From the NCBI GenBank assembly GCA_963695095.1, contig CAVOFT010000001.1, positions 1,440,001-1,504,000 of the forward strand: DNA of 64,000 bases, given 5' to 3'. Both the position numbers and the translations under genes were made by a program. The DNA comes from an uncultured bacterium. Lineage in GTDB: Bacteria > Krumholzibacteriota > Krumholzibacteriia > JACNKJ01. Below, one piece after another: positions 1-12,166 of this stretch. Numbering within the stretch: the stretch's first letter is position 1; every line of letters begins with the position of its first letter. Below the pieces are notes generated by a model, which made no database searches, was not told the origin of the DNA, and was given only the letters and a program-made list of their open reading frames with translations.

Positions 1-1778
1 TGCGCGTGACGACCGACATCGGCCTGACCGACTCCTTCGCGCTCAACCTGCCGGGCACCCTCGAAGCCTACAAGCTGTTCGGCACGCTGCCCGCGCACGA
101 GCTGTGGGCCTACGTCAACGATGAGCCCGGCCTGATGACGACGGAGGCATCGCTCACGCTGACGCCGACGGCGCTGGGGGCCGTGCAGGGCGTCTATGCT
201 CAGCTGGGCTACAACATCGTCGTGCGCAACTTCCCGATCATCGAGGCCTTCGGCACCCTGACCGGCCACGTGGACGCGGCGGGCAACCCCGCAGCGGGTG
301 CGGTGGTGCAGGGCTGGGATGCCGGCGACGAGCTGGCCTTCACGGCCACCTGCAACGGCAGCGGCGACTACGACGTCGGCGAGGACATCCTCGTCGCCGA
401 CTACACGCTCACGGTGGACTACTTCGGCTATCTGCCGCACAGCGAGCCCTACTTCGTGAACTACGGCGCCAATGTCCACGATATCGACCTGGTCGCGGCG
501 CCCAGCGGGGTACTCTCGGGCACGGTGACGGAGGCGGGCAGCGGACAGCCGCTCGTGGCCACGATCTCGATCTTCCGCAGCGACACCGGCGCTCTCTACA
601 ACGAGGTGAGCAGCGCGGCGGGCACGGGCCTGTACACCAGCGGTCCGCTGCCCTACTTCGACTGGACCGTGACGGTGCGCTGCCCTGGCCACATCGCCCA
701 GACGCGCACGGAAACCGTGGACGCGCCCGTCGTCACCGCAGACTTCGTCCTCGAGGAGACGGTGGGCAATATCCTTGTCATCAACGACGGCGCCAAGGCC
801 GGCTGGAACGAGCCGAAACTGGCGGTGGACGGCAGCGTGATCGAGCCCGGTTACTACAGCGAGGCCAAGAGCATCGCCACCATCCAGGGCGACCTGGAGA
901 CACTGGGCTACACGGTCGTGGTTGAGACGATGACGAGCAATCCGGCCACCTGGCAGAACTACGATCTGCTGATGACCTGCAGCGGCCGCAACACCGCGAC
1001 TCTCGAGAACGCGGCCTTCCGCACCGCCCTGCAGAGTTACGTGCAGGCCGGCGGCAAGCTGCTCGTCGAGGGCGGCGAGGTCGGCTACGACTGGGACTAC
1101 CAGAACAGCACCTGGGCCCAGGCCGTGTTGCGCGTGGCGAACTGGAACCACGACTCGAGCGGCAGCGTCACCGTTTATGCGGCGGCGCACCCGGTGATGA
1201 GCTATCCCAATACCATCGTCGGGCCCATCACCGTGAGCTACGCCGGCTATGGCGACCAGGACGCCCTGGTGGCCACCGCCAGCGCCCAGCGCATTGGCGC
1301 CTGGACGAGCTATCCTTCGGATGCCAGCATCATCGTGCAGGATCTGGATAGCACGCCCGAGGACGGCGACTACGTGATGTTCGCCTGGTGCTACGAGTCG
1401 ATGGACGCGACCAAGCGCGTGCAGCTGCTCGAGAACGCCGTGCTCTGGCTGATCGGCGGCGGGCTGACCGCCGTGGAGGAGACGCCGACGGCCCTGCCGG
1501 CGGCGCTCACCCTGCGCGGCAACCACCCCAATCCGTTCAACCCGAAGACCGACATCCGCTTCGCGCTGCCGGCGGCCGCCTCGGTGGAGCTGGCCGTCTA
1601 TGACGTGAAGGGCCGCCGCGTGGCCAGCCTGCTCAGCGGCCGGCTCGAAGCCGGCGACCACGTGGTGACCTGGCTCGGCACCGATGATGCAGGCATCCCG
1701 CAGTCGAGCGGCGTGTACTTCGCTCGTCTGCGTGCGGAGGGCACGGCGCTCACGCACAAGATGCTTCTTCTCAAGTGA
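1..1778 (+). CDS. Secreted multidomain protein (carboxypeptidase-regulatory-like beta-sandwich repeats, C-terminal FlgD-Ig/T9SS-type tail); 5' end outside window
   Basis: Frame is open from the window edge. Repeats such as GTLTGHV..GAVV and GVLSGTVTEAGSGQPL. C-terminus GNHPNPFNPKT...YDVKGRRVA...SGVYFARL...KMLLLK is the typical FlgD-Ig/secretion tail. Confidence 0.75.
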   Translation, partial: RVTTDIGLTDSFALNLPGTLEAYKLFGTLPAHELWAYVNDEPGLMTTEASLTLTPTALGAVQGVYAQLGYNIVVRNFPIIEAFGTLTGHVDAAGNPAAGAVVQGWDAGDELAFTATCNGSGDYDVGEDILVADYTLTVDYFGYLPHSEPYFVNYGANVHDIDLVAAPSGVLSGTVTEAGSGQPLVATISIFRSDTGALYNEVSSAAGTGLYTSGPLPYFDWTVTVRCPGHIAQTRTETVDAPVVTADFVLEETVGNILVINDGAKAGWNEPKLAVDGSVIEPGYYSEAKSIATIQGDLETLGYTVVVETMTSNPATWQNYDLLMTCSGRNTATLENAAFRTALQSYVQAGGKLLVEGGEVGYDWDYQNSTWAQAVLRVANWNHDSSGSVTVYAAAHPVMSYPNTIVGPITVSYAGYGDQDALVATASAQRIGAWTSYPSDASIIVQDLDSTPEDGDYVMFAWCYESMDATKRVQLLENAVLWLIGGGLTAVEETPTALPAALTLRGNHPNPFNPKTDIRFALPAAASVELAVYDVKGRRVASLLSGRLEAGDHVVTWLGTDDAGIPQSSGVYFARLRAEGTALTHKMLLLK

Positions 1779-1840
1779 GCTCACTCGCCTCTGCCCGCGC
1801 CCGAAACAACGGGCGCGGCGCAGAGGCGAGATCGCTCACC
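1775..1840 (+). repeat. Conserved stem-loop element, copy 1 (starts at stop codon)
   Basis: GTGAGC/GCTCAC outer stem, CTCGCCTCTGC/GCAGAGGCGAG middle stem, CCGCGCCCG-AAACAA-CGGGCGCGG apex. 56/65 nt identical, ungapped, to 3665-3729. Confidence 0.85.
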
Positions 1841-1848
1841 GGAAAAGC

Positions 1849-1878
1849 AGCGCCCGGCACGCGAGTGTCGGGCGCTTT
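1849..1878 (+). terminator. Probable intrinsic terminator hairpin
   Basis: AGCGCCCGGCAC-GCGA(GNRA)-GTGTCGGGCGCT followed by a short T run. Confidence 0.55.
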
Positions 1879-1951
1879 CGCATAGGGCCCCGTGGTATAC
1901 TCGTACTCGTACGCGCGCGGCGGGGGGTCGCGCGGAAGGGGAGGAGTTCCC

Positions 1952-3667
1952 ATGCGTGCCATCCTTGCTCTCTTGCTGCTTGCGGTCCTGCCGGCCGCGG
2001 CGCTGGCCGTCTGGTCTGCGGATCCGCAGGTCAACCTGGCCATCGCCGATCGCGCGGGCGATCAGGTGGTGCCCAAGATCGCGGCGCGGGCGGACGGCGG
2101 CTGCTATGTCGGCTGGTTCGACCTCGCCGCGGGCAGCTACGACGTCTACCTGCAGCGCCTGGACGCGGCCGGCAACGAAGCGTGGCCGCACAACGGCATC
2201 CTCGTGAGCGACCACGCCCAGGACACCTGGATCACGGACTGGGATCTCCTCGCCGACAGCGAGGGCGGCGCCGTGCTCGTCTTCTCCGATATCCGCGCCG
2301 GGGGCGACCTGGACGTCTACGCCTATCGCGTCTCGGCTGCGGGCGACATGCTCTGGGGCGCGGACGGCATCGCCATCAGCGTCGACGCCGACTTCGATCC
2401 CTCGCCAAAGGTCACCGAGACCGCCGGCGGCGACTTCGTCGTCGTCTGGGGCAAGTCGCCCGACGCCGGCGACGGCAAGATCATGATGCAGCGCCTCGCC
2501 CCCGACGGCACCCTGCGCTTCGCCGCCGGCGCCCTCGCCGTGGCCGGTGAGGCGGGCGAGAGCCCCGGCTTCTGCGACCTCGTGCCCGCGGGCGCCGACG
2601 GCGTCATCGTCTGCTGGGTGCGCGACATCAGCACCTTCATGGCGCCCCGCCACCTGCGCGCCGAGCACTTCGACGCCGCGGGCGCCTCCACCTGGGGCGC
2701 GCCCACCGTCGTCTACGACGAGACCGCGCTGCCCATCGCCTATCAGCCGGAGATCCTGTCCGACGGCGCGGGCGGCGCCTTGCTGCTATGGCACCGCTAC
2801 CTCGGCGGCCTCTACAACAGCGCCGTGCAGCGTCTGGATGCGGCGGGCGCCGAGCTGTGGCCGCATCAGGGGCTCGTCGTCTCCACGCTCGGCGGCATGT
2901 ACCACATCTCGCCCACCTTCACCTTCGATGAGGCGAGCGGCGACACCTACGTCTTCTGGGACGAGCGCAACACGGCACAGAGCCAGTGGGGGATCGCCGG
3001 CCAGCGCTTCGATGCCGCGGGCAACCGCCTCTGGGGCGCCTCCGGCCGCAGCTTCCTGCCCACGAGCCCGCTCTACCTCTACGCGCTGCGCGCGCTGCCC
3101 GCCGCGGGCGGGGCGACGCTCTTCTGGATCGACGAGCCGGGCGGCTTCGGGAGCAACCGCGTGCGCGGCTTCCGCGCGGACAGTGCCGGCAACTGGCTCT
3201 GGGGCGCGGAGCCTCTGGGCGTGTCCACCCTGCTCAGCGGCAAGAGCCGCCTGCCCGTCGCCGCTGCCCCCGACGGTACGGCGCTTCTCATCTGGGAGGA
3301 CGACCGCGCGGGCACCGTGGACGTCTACGGCCAAAACGTGCGGCCGGACGGCACGCTGGGCGGCGACCTCACCGCCGCGCCGGCGCCGGCCGCGGTGGCG
3401 AGCCTCGCGGCCTGGCCGAATCCCTTCAACCCCAGCACGGCGATCGAGCTGACGCTGGCGACGCCGGGCCCGGCGCGCCTGAGCATCCACGATGCCCAGG
3501 GCCGCCTGCTCCGCATCCTCGTCGAGGGGAGTCTGCCCGCCGGCGAGACGACCCTGCACTGGGACGGCCGCGATGCCGCTGGCAAGGCCATGTCGAGTGG
3601 GCTGTACTTCGCCCGCGCGGAGCTGCCCGCGGGCTCGCTCGTGCGCAAGCTGATGTTGCTCAAATGA
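1952..3667 (+). CDS. Secreted repeat protein with C-terminal FlgD-Ig tail
   Basis: GGAGGAG RBS before ATG 1952; signal peptide MRAILALLLLAVLPAAALA; repeated DxxGG..W..D.Y.QRLDAAG..W units; tail WPNPFNPST...WDGRD..SGLYFAR...KLMLLK. Confidence 0.8.
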   Translation: MRAILALLLLAVLPAAALAVWSADPQVNLAIADRAGDQVVPKIAARADGGCYVGWFDLAAGSYDVYLQRLDAAGNEAWPHNGILVSDHAQDTWITDWDLLADSEGGAVLVFSDIRAGGDLDVYAYRVSAAGDMLWGADGIAISVDADFDPSPKVTETAGGDFVVVWGKSPDAGDGKIMMQRLAPDGTLRFAAGALAVAGEAGESPGFCDLVPAGADGVIVCWVRDISTFMAPRHLRAEHFDAAGASTWGAPTVVYDETALPIAYQPEILSDGAGGALLLWHRYLGGLYNSAVQRLDAAGAELWPHQGLVVSTLGGMYHISPTFTFDEASGDTYVFWDERNTAQSQWGIAGQRFDAAGNRLWGASGRSFLPTSPLYLYALRALPAAGGATLFWIDEPGGFGSNRVRGFRADSAGNWLWGAEPLGVSTLLSGKSRLPVAAAPDGTALLIWEDDRAGTVDVYGQNVRPDGTLGGDLTAAPAPAAVASLAAWPNPFNPSTAIELTLATPGPARLSIHDAQGRLLRILVEGSLPAGETTLHWDGRDAAGKAMSSGLYFARAELPAGSLVRKLMLLK

Positions 3668-3729
3668 GCGCCCCCGTCTCCGCCCGCGCCCGAAACAACG
3701 GGCGCGGCGCGGAGGCGGGCGCGCTCACC
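3665..3729 (+). repeat. Conserved stem-loop element, copy 2 (starts at stop codon)
   Basis: TGAGCGC/GCGCTCA, CCCGTCTCCGC/GCGGAGGCGGG and the same apex as copy 1; changes in the middle stem are compensatory or wobble. Confidence 0.85.
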
Positions 3730-3759
3730 TGCAAGCGTCTCGGCGTGCGCGAGCCCGCT

Positions 3760-4125
3760 TCAGTCTGCGGTGGGGTTATCCAGGTCGTTCAGGAGATCCT
3801 CGAGGTCGCGATCCTCGGCCGCGGCGTCCGCGATCGCGCGCGCCTGGGCGTAGTCCTCCCGTAGTTCCGTCTGGAAGCGCTCGGCGGTATCGCGAGCGAG
3901 GCTGCCAGAGGCCATGCGCCGCTGGCGCATCTGGCGCAGGAAGGAGCGGTAGGGGTCCTCGCAGGTATAGTCCCTCAGCGTATAGCGGGCGACGAAGGCG
4001 CTGCAGCGAGCGCACTCGGCGAAGATCGCCACGTCCTTGCCGGGTCGCATGAGCACCAGATTGTGCATGGCCGTGCCGTCGCAGACCGGGCAGCGTTCGC
4101 GCTTGGACCGCACGTCGAGTTCCAT
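3760..4125 (-). CDS. Small Zn-ribbon hypothetical protein (CPVC...CARC)
   Basis: GAGGAGG RBS, ATG 4125; two CxxC motifs; directly downstream of the DASS transporter. Confidence 0.65.
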   Translation of the reverse strand: MELDVRSKRERCPVCDGTAMHNLVLMRPGKDVAIFAECARCSAFVARYTLRDYTCEDPYRSFLRQMRQRRMASGSLARDTAERFQTELREDYAQARAIADAAAEDRDLEDLLNDLDNPTAD

Positions 4126-4138
4126 GAGCCCCTCCTCG

Positions 4139-5515
4139 CTAGCGCCCCGCGTCCGGGAAGAGTCCCGGCAACCAGGCGAATAGGGCACTCTCGTAGGCGA
4201 CTGTCAAGGCCAGCCCGATCACGGTGATCAGGGCGCCCGTCCTGGCCATGTCGCGCACGTCGATGCGCTCGGATCCGTAGGCGATGGCATTGGGCGGCGT
4301 GCTGATCGGCAGGGCCATGCCCAGGCTTGCGCACAGCCCGACCGCAAGCGCCATCCGCGTCGGGCTGGCGGCGGCGACGGTGAGCGCGAGGGGCAGCAGG
4401 ATGTTCGTGCTCGCGGTGTGGCTGATCACCGTGGCCAGGCCGGCGACGGCGGCGCCCATCACGAGCAGGGCAGCCAGGGGCGACAGGCGATCGAGGCCGA
4501 GAGCGCCGACCACGCCCGCGCCGAGCCCCGTTTGCTCGATGCCGACGCCGAGGGCGAGTCCGCCGCCGATGAGCAGCAGGATGTCCCAGCCGATCTCGCG
4601 CAATTGCTCCTTGTCGAAGAGGCCGGCGATGGCGAAGACGCTGACCGGCACCAGGGCGACCAGCGCCGAGGGGATGTGGTGCACGGCGTCGCTGAGCCAG
4701 AGCAGCACCGTGACCGCGAAGGTGCCGTAAACCAGGCCGCGATGGGCCGTCTGGCCGCCCGCGGGCAGGGCGAGGACGAGGTCGTCGTCGCGGAGGCGGA
4801 AAGCGCCGAGCAGCAGCCAGTAGGCGATGAAGAGCATGGCCAGCATCAGCGGGAAGGCGCCCGCCATCCAGGCCAGGAAGGAGAGGTGGATGCCGCGGTC
4901 GGCGAGCTGGCCGATCACGATGGCATTGGGCGGCGTGCCGATCGGCGTGCCCATGCCGCCGATGTTGGCGGCGAAGGGGACGCCGAGCAAGAACGCGCGG
5001 CTGAGCGGGCTCTCCCGCGGCAGTCCGCGCAGGAGCGGCAGCAGGCTGGCCACCATGATGGCGGTCGTCGCCGTGTTGGACATCCACATCGACATCGCGG
5101 CGGTGAGCAGCATCACGCCGAGCAGCACCCGCCGCGGCCGCTGCCCGAAGCGGGCGAGGCAGAAGCGTGCGAACTCGAGGTCGAGGTTCTGCCGGCTGAA
5201 GACGCGAGCCAGGACGAAGCCGCCGAACATGAGCACGACCACCGGGCTCGCGAAGGGGCTGAGGAAGTCGCGGTAGTCGAGGCTCGCCGCCCCGAAGACG
5301 GGGGCCAGCGGGCCGAGCAGCAGGGCGGAGAGGAAAGCGGCGACCACGGCCGTCACGTAGAGCGGCACCGGCTCGCTGATCCACCAGAGCACAGCGAGGA
5401 CGAAGATACCCGCCATGACGCGCTGGGCCGGGGCGAGACCGACGAGCAGCAGCGCCGTGAGCAGGGCGAGCAGGGGGGCGATCGCCAGGGCGAGGCGGCG
5501 GTGCTGGGCAGACAT
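4139..5515 (-). CDS. SLC13/DASS family di/tricarboxylate or sulfate:Na+ symporter
   Basis: Many hydrophobic segments; signature motifs SMWMSNTATT, GGMGTPIGTPPN, LPISTPPNAIAY. Confidence 0.9.
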   Translation of the reverse strand: MSAQHRRLALAIAPLLALLTALLLVGLAPAQRVMAGIFVLAVLWWISEPVPLYVTAVVAAFLSALLLGPLAPVFGAASLDYRDFLSPFASPVVVLMFGGFVLARVFSRQNLDLEFARFCLARFGQRPRRVLLGVMLLTAAMSMWMSNTATTAIMVASLLPLLRGLPRESPLSRAFLLGVPFAANIGGMGTPIGTPPNAIVIGQLADRGIHLSFLAWMAGAFPLMLAMLFIAYWLLLGAFRLRDDDLVLALPAGGQTAHRGLVYGTFAVTVLLWLSDAVHHIPSALVALVPVSVFAIAGLFDKEQLREIGWDILLLIGGGLALGVGIEQTGLGAGVVGALGLDRLSPLAALLVMGAAVAGLATVISHTASTNILLPLALTVAAASPTRMALAVGLCASLGMALPISTPPNAIAYGSERIDVRDMARTGALITVIGLALTVAYESALFAWLPGLFPDAGR

Positions 5516-5542
5516 GGGCCACCCCCGATTCGGGACCCGCCC

Positions 5543-5570
5543 AATATAGCTGTTGTGCCCCCGTGGGCAA
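5543..5570 (-). promoter_or_regulatory. Putative sigma70 promoter of the DASS gene
   Basis: Reverse strand TTGCCC-N16-TATATT. Confidence 0.45.
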
Positions 5571-5586
5571 GGGCTCGGCCTTGCTC

Positions 5587-5615
5587 TTGCCGAATGCCGC
5601 CATCCCGGCTAGTTT
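5587..5615 (+). promoter_or_regulatory. Putative sigma70 promoter of acnA
   Basis: TTGCCG-N17-TAGTTT. Confidence 0.45.
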
Positions 5616-5674
5616 CTGCTTTGTTGAGGGGAGCCGCCGCTTGCGGGCAGTGTCCCCGCACTGAAAGGAACTGC

Positions 5675-8356
<2,682 letters not shown>

Positions 8357-8433
8357 GGTCGAGGCCACGCACGAAGGCTCATCGTAACCAGGATCAACAT
8401 ACCTCTATATCTGATTTCTGGAGATCTCGGGGC

Positions 8434-8467
8434 AATCGGCGAATTGAATCTCTAGATTTCGCCGATT
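8434..8467. promoter_or_regulatory. 10-bp perfect inverted repeat in AT-rich intergenic DNA (operator-like)
   Basis: AATCGGCGAA-N14-TTCGCCGATT just upstream of a TG-c-TATCTT extended -10-like element. Confidence 0.45.
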
Positions 8468-8585
8468 CTGTGCTATCTTGGAACCTACGTCGGACCTGCG
8501 GCATCCCAGTGGCCGACGCCGGGAATGGGGGCCCGTCAGGGGGTCGCCGCAGCCAGAATCCGAATCACCAAACCAGGGAGTAATC

Positions 8586-9272
8586 ATGCGCAAGCACCTG
8601 CTTTTGCCCAGCCTTCTCGCCATCGGCCTGCTCGGCCTCGGTTCCAGCTTCGCGCTGGCCTGCAACGGCGCCAAGACCAAGACCACGAGCACGGCCAGCG
8701 CTGCGGGCAGCAGCTGCGCCGGCAAGACGGAGGCCAGCGCGGCCAGCGTCCCTGGCACGAGCAGCAGCGCCGCGGATTGCGCGGCGGCCTGCGCCGCGGC
8801 CAAGACGGCCAGCGCGGCGGGCGCCTGCGGCAGTGCAGCGAGTGTCCAGACCGCCGGTGCCGCCGGCCACTGCAACGGCGCGGCGACGAAGACCGCGAGC
8901 AGCGATGCCTGCGCGGCCAAGGCCGACTTCTTCATCAGCAGCTACCTCTGCCTGAGCAAGGCGGCCAGCGGCCACTGCAACGTGAGCATGCAGACCGCCG
9001 CGGCGACCTGGAACGAGGGCCTGCAGAAGCTCATCGCCAGCGCCGAGGCCGCCCAGCACCGCGAGGCGCTGCAGACCCTCGCCGGCCAGCTCGCCGATTG
9101 GCCCGCGGATGCCGCTGCCGCTGACGCCCGCTTCCGCGCGGTGTCCGAGTGGACGGCCGGCTACTGCGAGCGCTTTCCCGAGAAGACGGCCGGAGCCAAG
9201 GTCATGACCTGCCCCGAGACGGGCAAGCGCTGGGTCGAGATCGAGACGACCGCCGCCGACGGCCAGTCCTGA
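8586..9272 (+). CDS. Secreted Cys-rich protein with DUF3347-like C-terminal domain (possible metal binder)
   Basis: GGGAG RBS, signal peptide, 11 Cys, Ala/Ser-rich C..KT(A/E)S repeats; C-terminal YL.L.KA...RF..VSEW...CP..GKRW resembles DUF3347 proteins. Confidence 0.6.
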   Translation: MRKHLLLPSLLAIGLLGLGSSFALACNGAKTKTTSTASAAGSSCAGKTEASAASVPGTSSSAADCAAACAAAKTASAAGACGSAASVQTAGAAGHCNGAATKTASSDACAAKADFFISSYLCLSKAASGHCNVSMQTAAATWNEGLQKLIASAEAAQHREALQTLAGQLADWPADAAAADARFRAVSEWTAGYCERFPEKTAGAKVMTCPETGKRWVEIETTAADGQS

Positions 9273-9310
9273 TTCATGTAAGCACGGAGCCCCCTCAAGC
9301 ACCTCCGTTC

Positions 9311-9342
9311 AGCGCCCCTCCCCTGCGGGAGGGGCGCTTTTT
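9311..9342 (+). terminator. Intrinsic terminator
   Basis: AGCGCCCCTCCC-CTGC-GGGAGGGGCGCT-TTTT. Confidence 0.85.
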
Positions 9343-9386
9343 CACGGGCGATTGCGCCGGCCGCCCGGCCGCCCTATCCTGGCCGC

Positions 9387-10043
9387 ATGCCCCGTGAATC
9401 CCTCGCCGCCAAGCGCCGCCGCGCCGCCCGCCTCGAGGCCGCCCTCGCCCGGCTCTATCCGGACGCGCACTGCAGCCTGGGCTTCGCCGACCCCTACCAG
9501 CTCTGGGTGGCGACCGTGCTGAGCGCCCAGTGCACGGACGAGCGCGTGAACCAGGTGACGCCCGCCCTCTTTGCCGCGGCGCCGGACGTCGCGGCCCTCG
9601 CGGCGCTGCCCCCCGCGCGGCTGGAGGACTTGATCCGCAGCACGGGCTTCTTTCGCAGCAAGGCGCGCCACCTCCAGGCCGCGGCCCGGCAGCTGCTCGC
9701 CGAGCACGGCGGCTGCCTGCCCGCGGACATGAGGGCCCTCACCGCGCTGCCGGGCGTGGGCCGCAAGACCGCCAATGTCATCCTGGGCAATGCCTTCGGG
9801 GTGCCCGGCCTGCCGGTGGACACGCATGTCGGCCGCCTGGCGCGGCGCCTCGGCCTGACGCGGCAGGAGGATCCGGTGAAGGTCGAGACCGAGCTGATGG
9901 CGCTCTTTCCGGCAGCGGTCTGGACGGCGCTCAGCCACCGGCTCATCCAGCACGGGCGCAGCGTCTGCGCCAGCCGCAAGCCGCGCTGCGCCGCCTGCGC
10001 CCTGGCCGCGGACTGCCCGGCCGCCTCAGTCGACGGGCAGTAG
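9387..10043 (+). CDS. nth: Endonuclease III
   Basis: LSAQCTDERVN, HhH LPGVGRKTANV, VDTHV, [4Fe-4S] motif CxxxxPxCxxCxxxxxC. Confidence 0.95.
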   Translation: MPRESLAAKRRRAARLEAALARLYPDAHCSLGFADPYQLWVATVLSAQCTDERVNQVTPALFAAAPDVAALAALPPARLEDLIRSTGFFRSKARHLQAAARQLLAEHGGCLPADMRALTALPGVGRKTANVILGNAFGVPGLPVDTHVGRLARRLGLTRQEDPVKVETELMALFPAAVWTALSHRLIQHGRSVCASRKPRCAACALAADCPAASVDGQ

Positions 10044-12093
10044 GATGAGCTTGCTCGTCTCCATGCGCTCATCGAGACGGGCCCGCAGGAAGTAGACGCC
10101 GCCCGCCTGCGCCTTGCCGCTCTCATCGCGCCCGCGCCAGACCCAGTCCAGGGCGCCGGCCTCGTGGTGGCCGTCCCAGAGGCTGATCACCCGGCGCCCG
10201 GTCACGTCGTAGATGGCGAGCGAGAGCGTTCCCGCGCGACGCAGTGCAAGCTGGATGCTCGTGCCCTCGGCGGGGCGGAAGGGATTGGGATAGGGGGCGA
10301 GCAGGGCGAGCGCTGCGCTGAGATCGGGGCCCGGCAGGGCGCGGTGCAGCAGCCGGTGATCGGGGTCGAGCGCCACGCTCACGGGTTCGGTCGCCAGGCT
10401 CCACTGGAAGCTGTTCAGCGCGGCGGCGGGCACCACGCGCAGGGTGCTGTCCGGCGCGCCGCCGGCGAAGCTCACGCGCAGGTCCAGGGAGTCGGGGTAG
10501 AGATCCCCGCCCTGGGTCTGCCGGATCTCCACGCTGAGCTGCCAGTCGCCGCTTCCCGCCGGCCGCCGCCCAGGACCAGGCATAGACGGGCTGACCGACG
10601 CCGTAGACCCAGCGCGCGAAGAAGCCGTCGATCTCGGCCTCGCTCGCCCGCGTCGCATAGCGCTTCACGGCCGCGATGAAGTCGGCGGTGGTCGCCGTGC
10701 CCATCACGTGCGGCGAGTCCTGCGCCCAGTAGCGCAGCAGATCGAAGAAGTCATCGTCACCGAGGAGCTGCCGCAGCATGTGCAGCACCCAGCCGCCCTT
10801 CCAGTAGGCCGTGATGTTGAAGGTGTACTCGGGCGCGTAGACGCTGCCGGGGAAGGCCTCGCCATTGGGCAGCCGGCGGCGAACGTACATGTACTCGCCG
10901 GCGCTGTAGCGGCCCAGGTGCTCGTAGTAGAGCGCTTCGCCGTAGGTGGCGAAGCCCTCGTTGAGCCAGATGTCCTCCCAGGTGGCCGGGCCGACGGCGT
11001 CGCCGAACCACTGGTGGGCCAGCTCGTGCGGCTGGACGAAGTGGGCGCTGTCGCTGGAGGCGATCACCGTGGTGCCGATGCTGCTCAGGGTCTGGTGCTC
11101 CATGCCGCCGCCGAAGCTGTACTCGGCCACGCCGTACTTCTCGTCGGCGAAGGGGTACTCGCCGAAGCGCTCGCGGAAGGCGTCGAGCATGTCGCTGATC
11201 AGGGGCAGGTTCTGCTCGGCCTGCGCCACGTGGTGGGGCCGGATGAACCAGGTGAGCGGCAGGCTGTCGCCCCCGCCGAGATCGTAGCTCTCGGTCCAGG
11301 GCAGCCCGTCCGCCGTGGGCGAGTGGAAGGGGGCCACCGTGATCGCCACCAGGTAGGTGGCGATGGGGTGCCGCTCGCGCCAGCGGTAGGTGCGCGTGCC
11401 GTCGCCGGGCGCATCGATGCCCTCGAGCACGCCGTTGGCGGCGACGACCATCGTGTCGGGCACGGTGATGGCCAGGGCGAGGCTGTCGGGCTTGTGGCTG
11501 AGCCGATCGATGCAGGGCCACCAGCTGCCGGCGTTCTGCGTCTCGGTCATCGTCTGGCAGGTGCGGATGCGGCGATCCTGATCGTCCAGGTACTCGGGAA
11601 ACCAGAACGCGCCGAAGCCGATGCTGTTCTCCTCGGCGAGGTAGTCCACTTCGATCACGCGCTCGAGGCCGACGCTGCCGCCCGGCGTCTGGATGGAAAT
11701 CGTCTCGTCATCCAGGCGGCGCCAGCTCGCGGCGGCGCCGTCCACGCGCACGGCGCTGGGAGTGAGGCTCTCCAGGGCGTCGAGCACCAGGCTGTCGGCG
11801 ACGGCGATGGGGGTGAGGAAGGCGCGCACGCTGCCCGCAAAGTTCAGCGCCGCGAAGTCCAGGCTGCCGCTGATCTCGTAGTAGCGGGCCTCCCACTCGC
11901 TCTGGCCGGCCTGTCCTTCGCCGCTGCGTCCCAGCGCGCCCAGGTGGTGGCGGCAATAGGGGATGCTGCCGTCCTCGCGCAGCTTGTCGGTGGCGGGCTC
12001 GTCGGCGGCCGCCGGCGCGGCGGCGAGGGCCAGGCCCAGCAGGGCGAGCGCGGTCAGGCGAGGGAACTGGGATCGGCGCGGCGACAGGCTCAT
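10026..12093 (-). CDS. Secreted M1 family aminopeptidase with FlgD-Ig tail (one frameshift ~10560, probable sequencing error)
   Basis: Signal peptide; GGMEH, HELAHQWFG...WLNEGFATY, YWKG. C-terminal half continues in the 10026..10658 frame (PYPNPFRP...YDVTGRRV...GGVYFLR). Confidence 0.85.
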
Positions 12094-12166
12094 GGCGGGT
12101 CCTCCCGGGCGGCGTTGCCTCGACTCTAGCATGCTGCCGGCGTCGAGGCCAGGCCTTCGGCCGCGC

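Noticed and set aside
4418..5674. 419-aa N-terminal extension of aconitase in the 1312-aa ORF
   Set aside because: It is the antisense shadow of the DASS gene; RBS and homology start at 5675.
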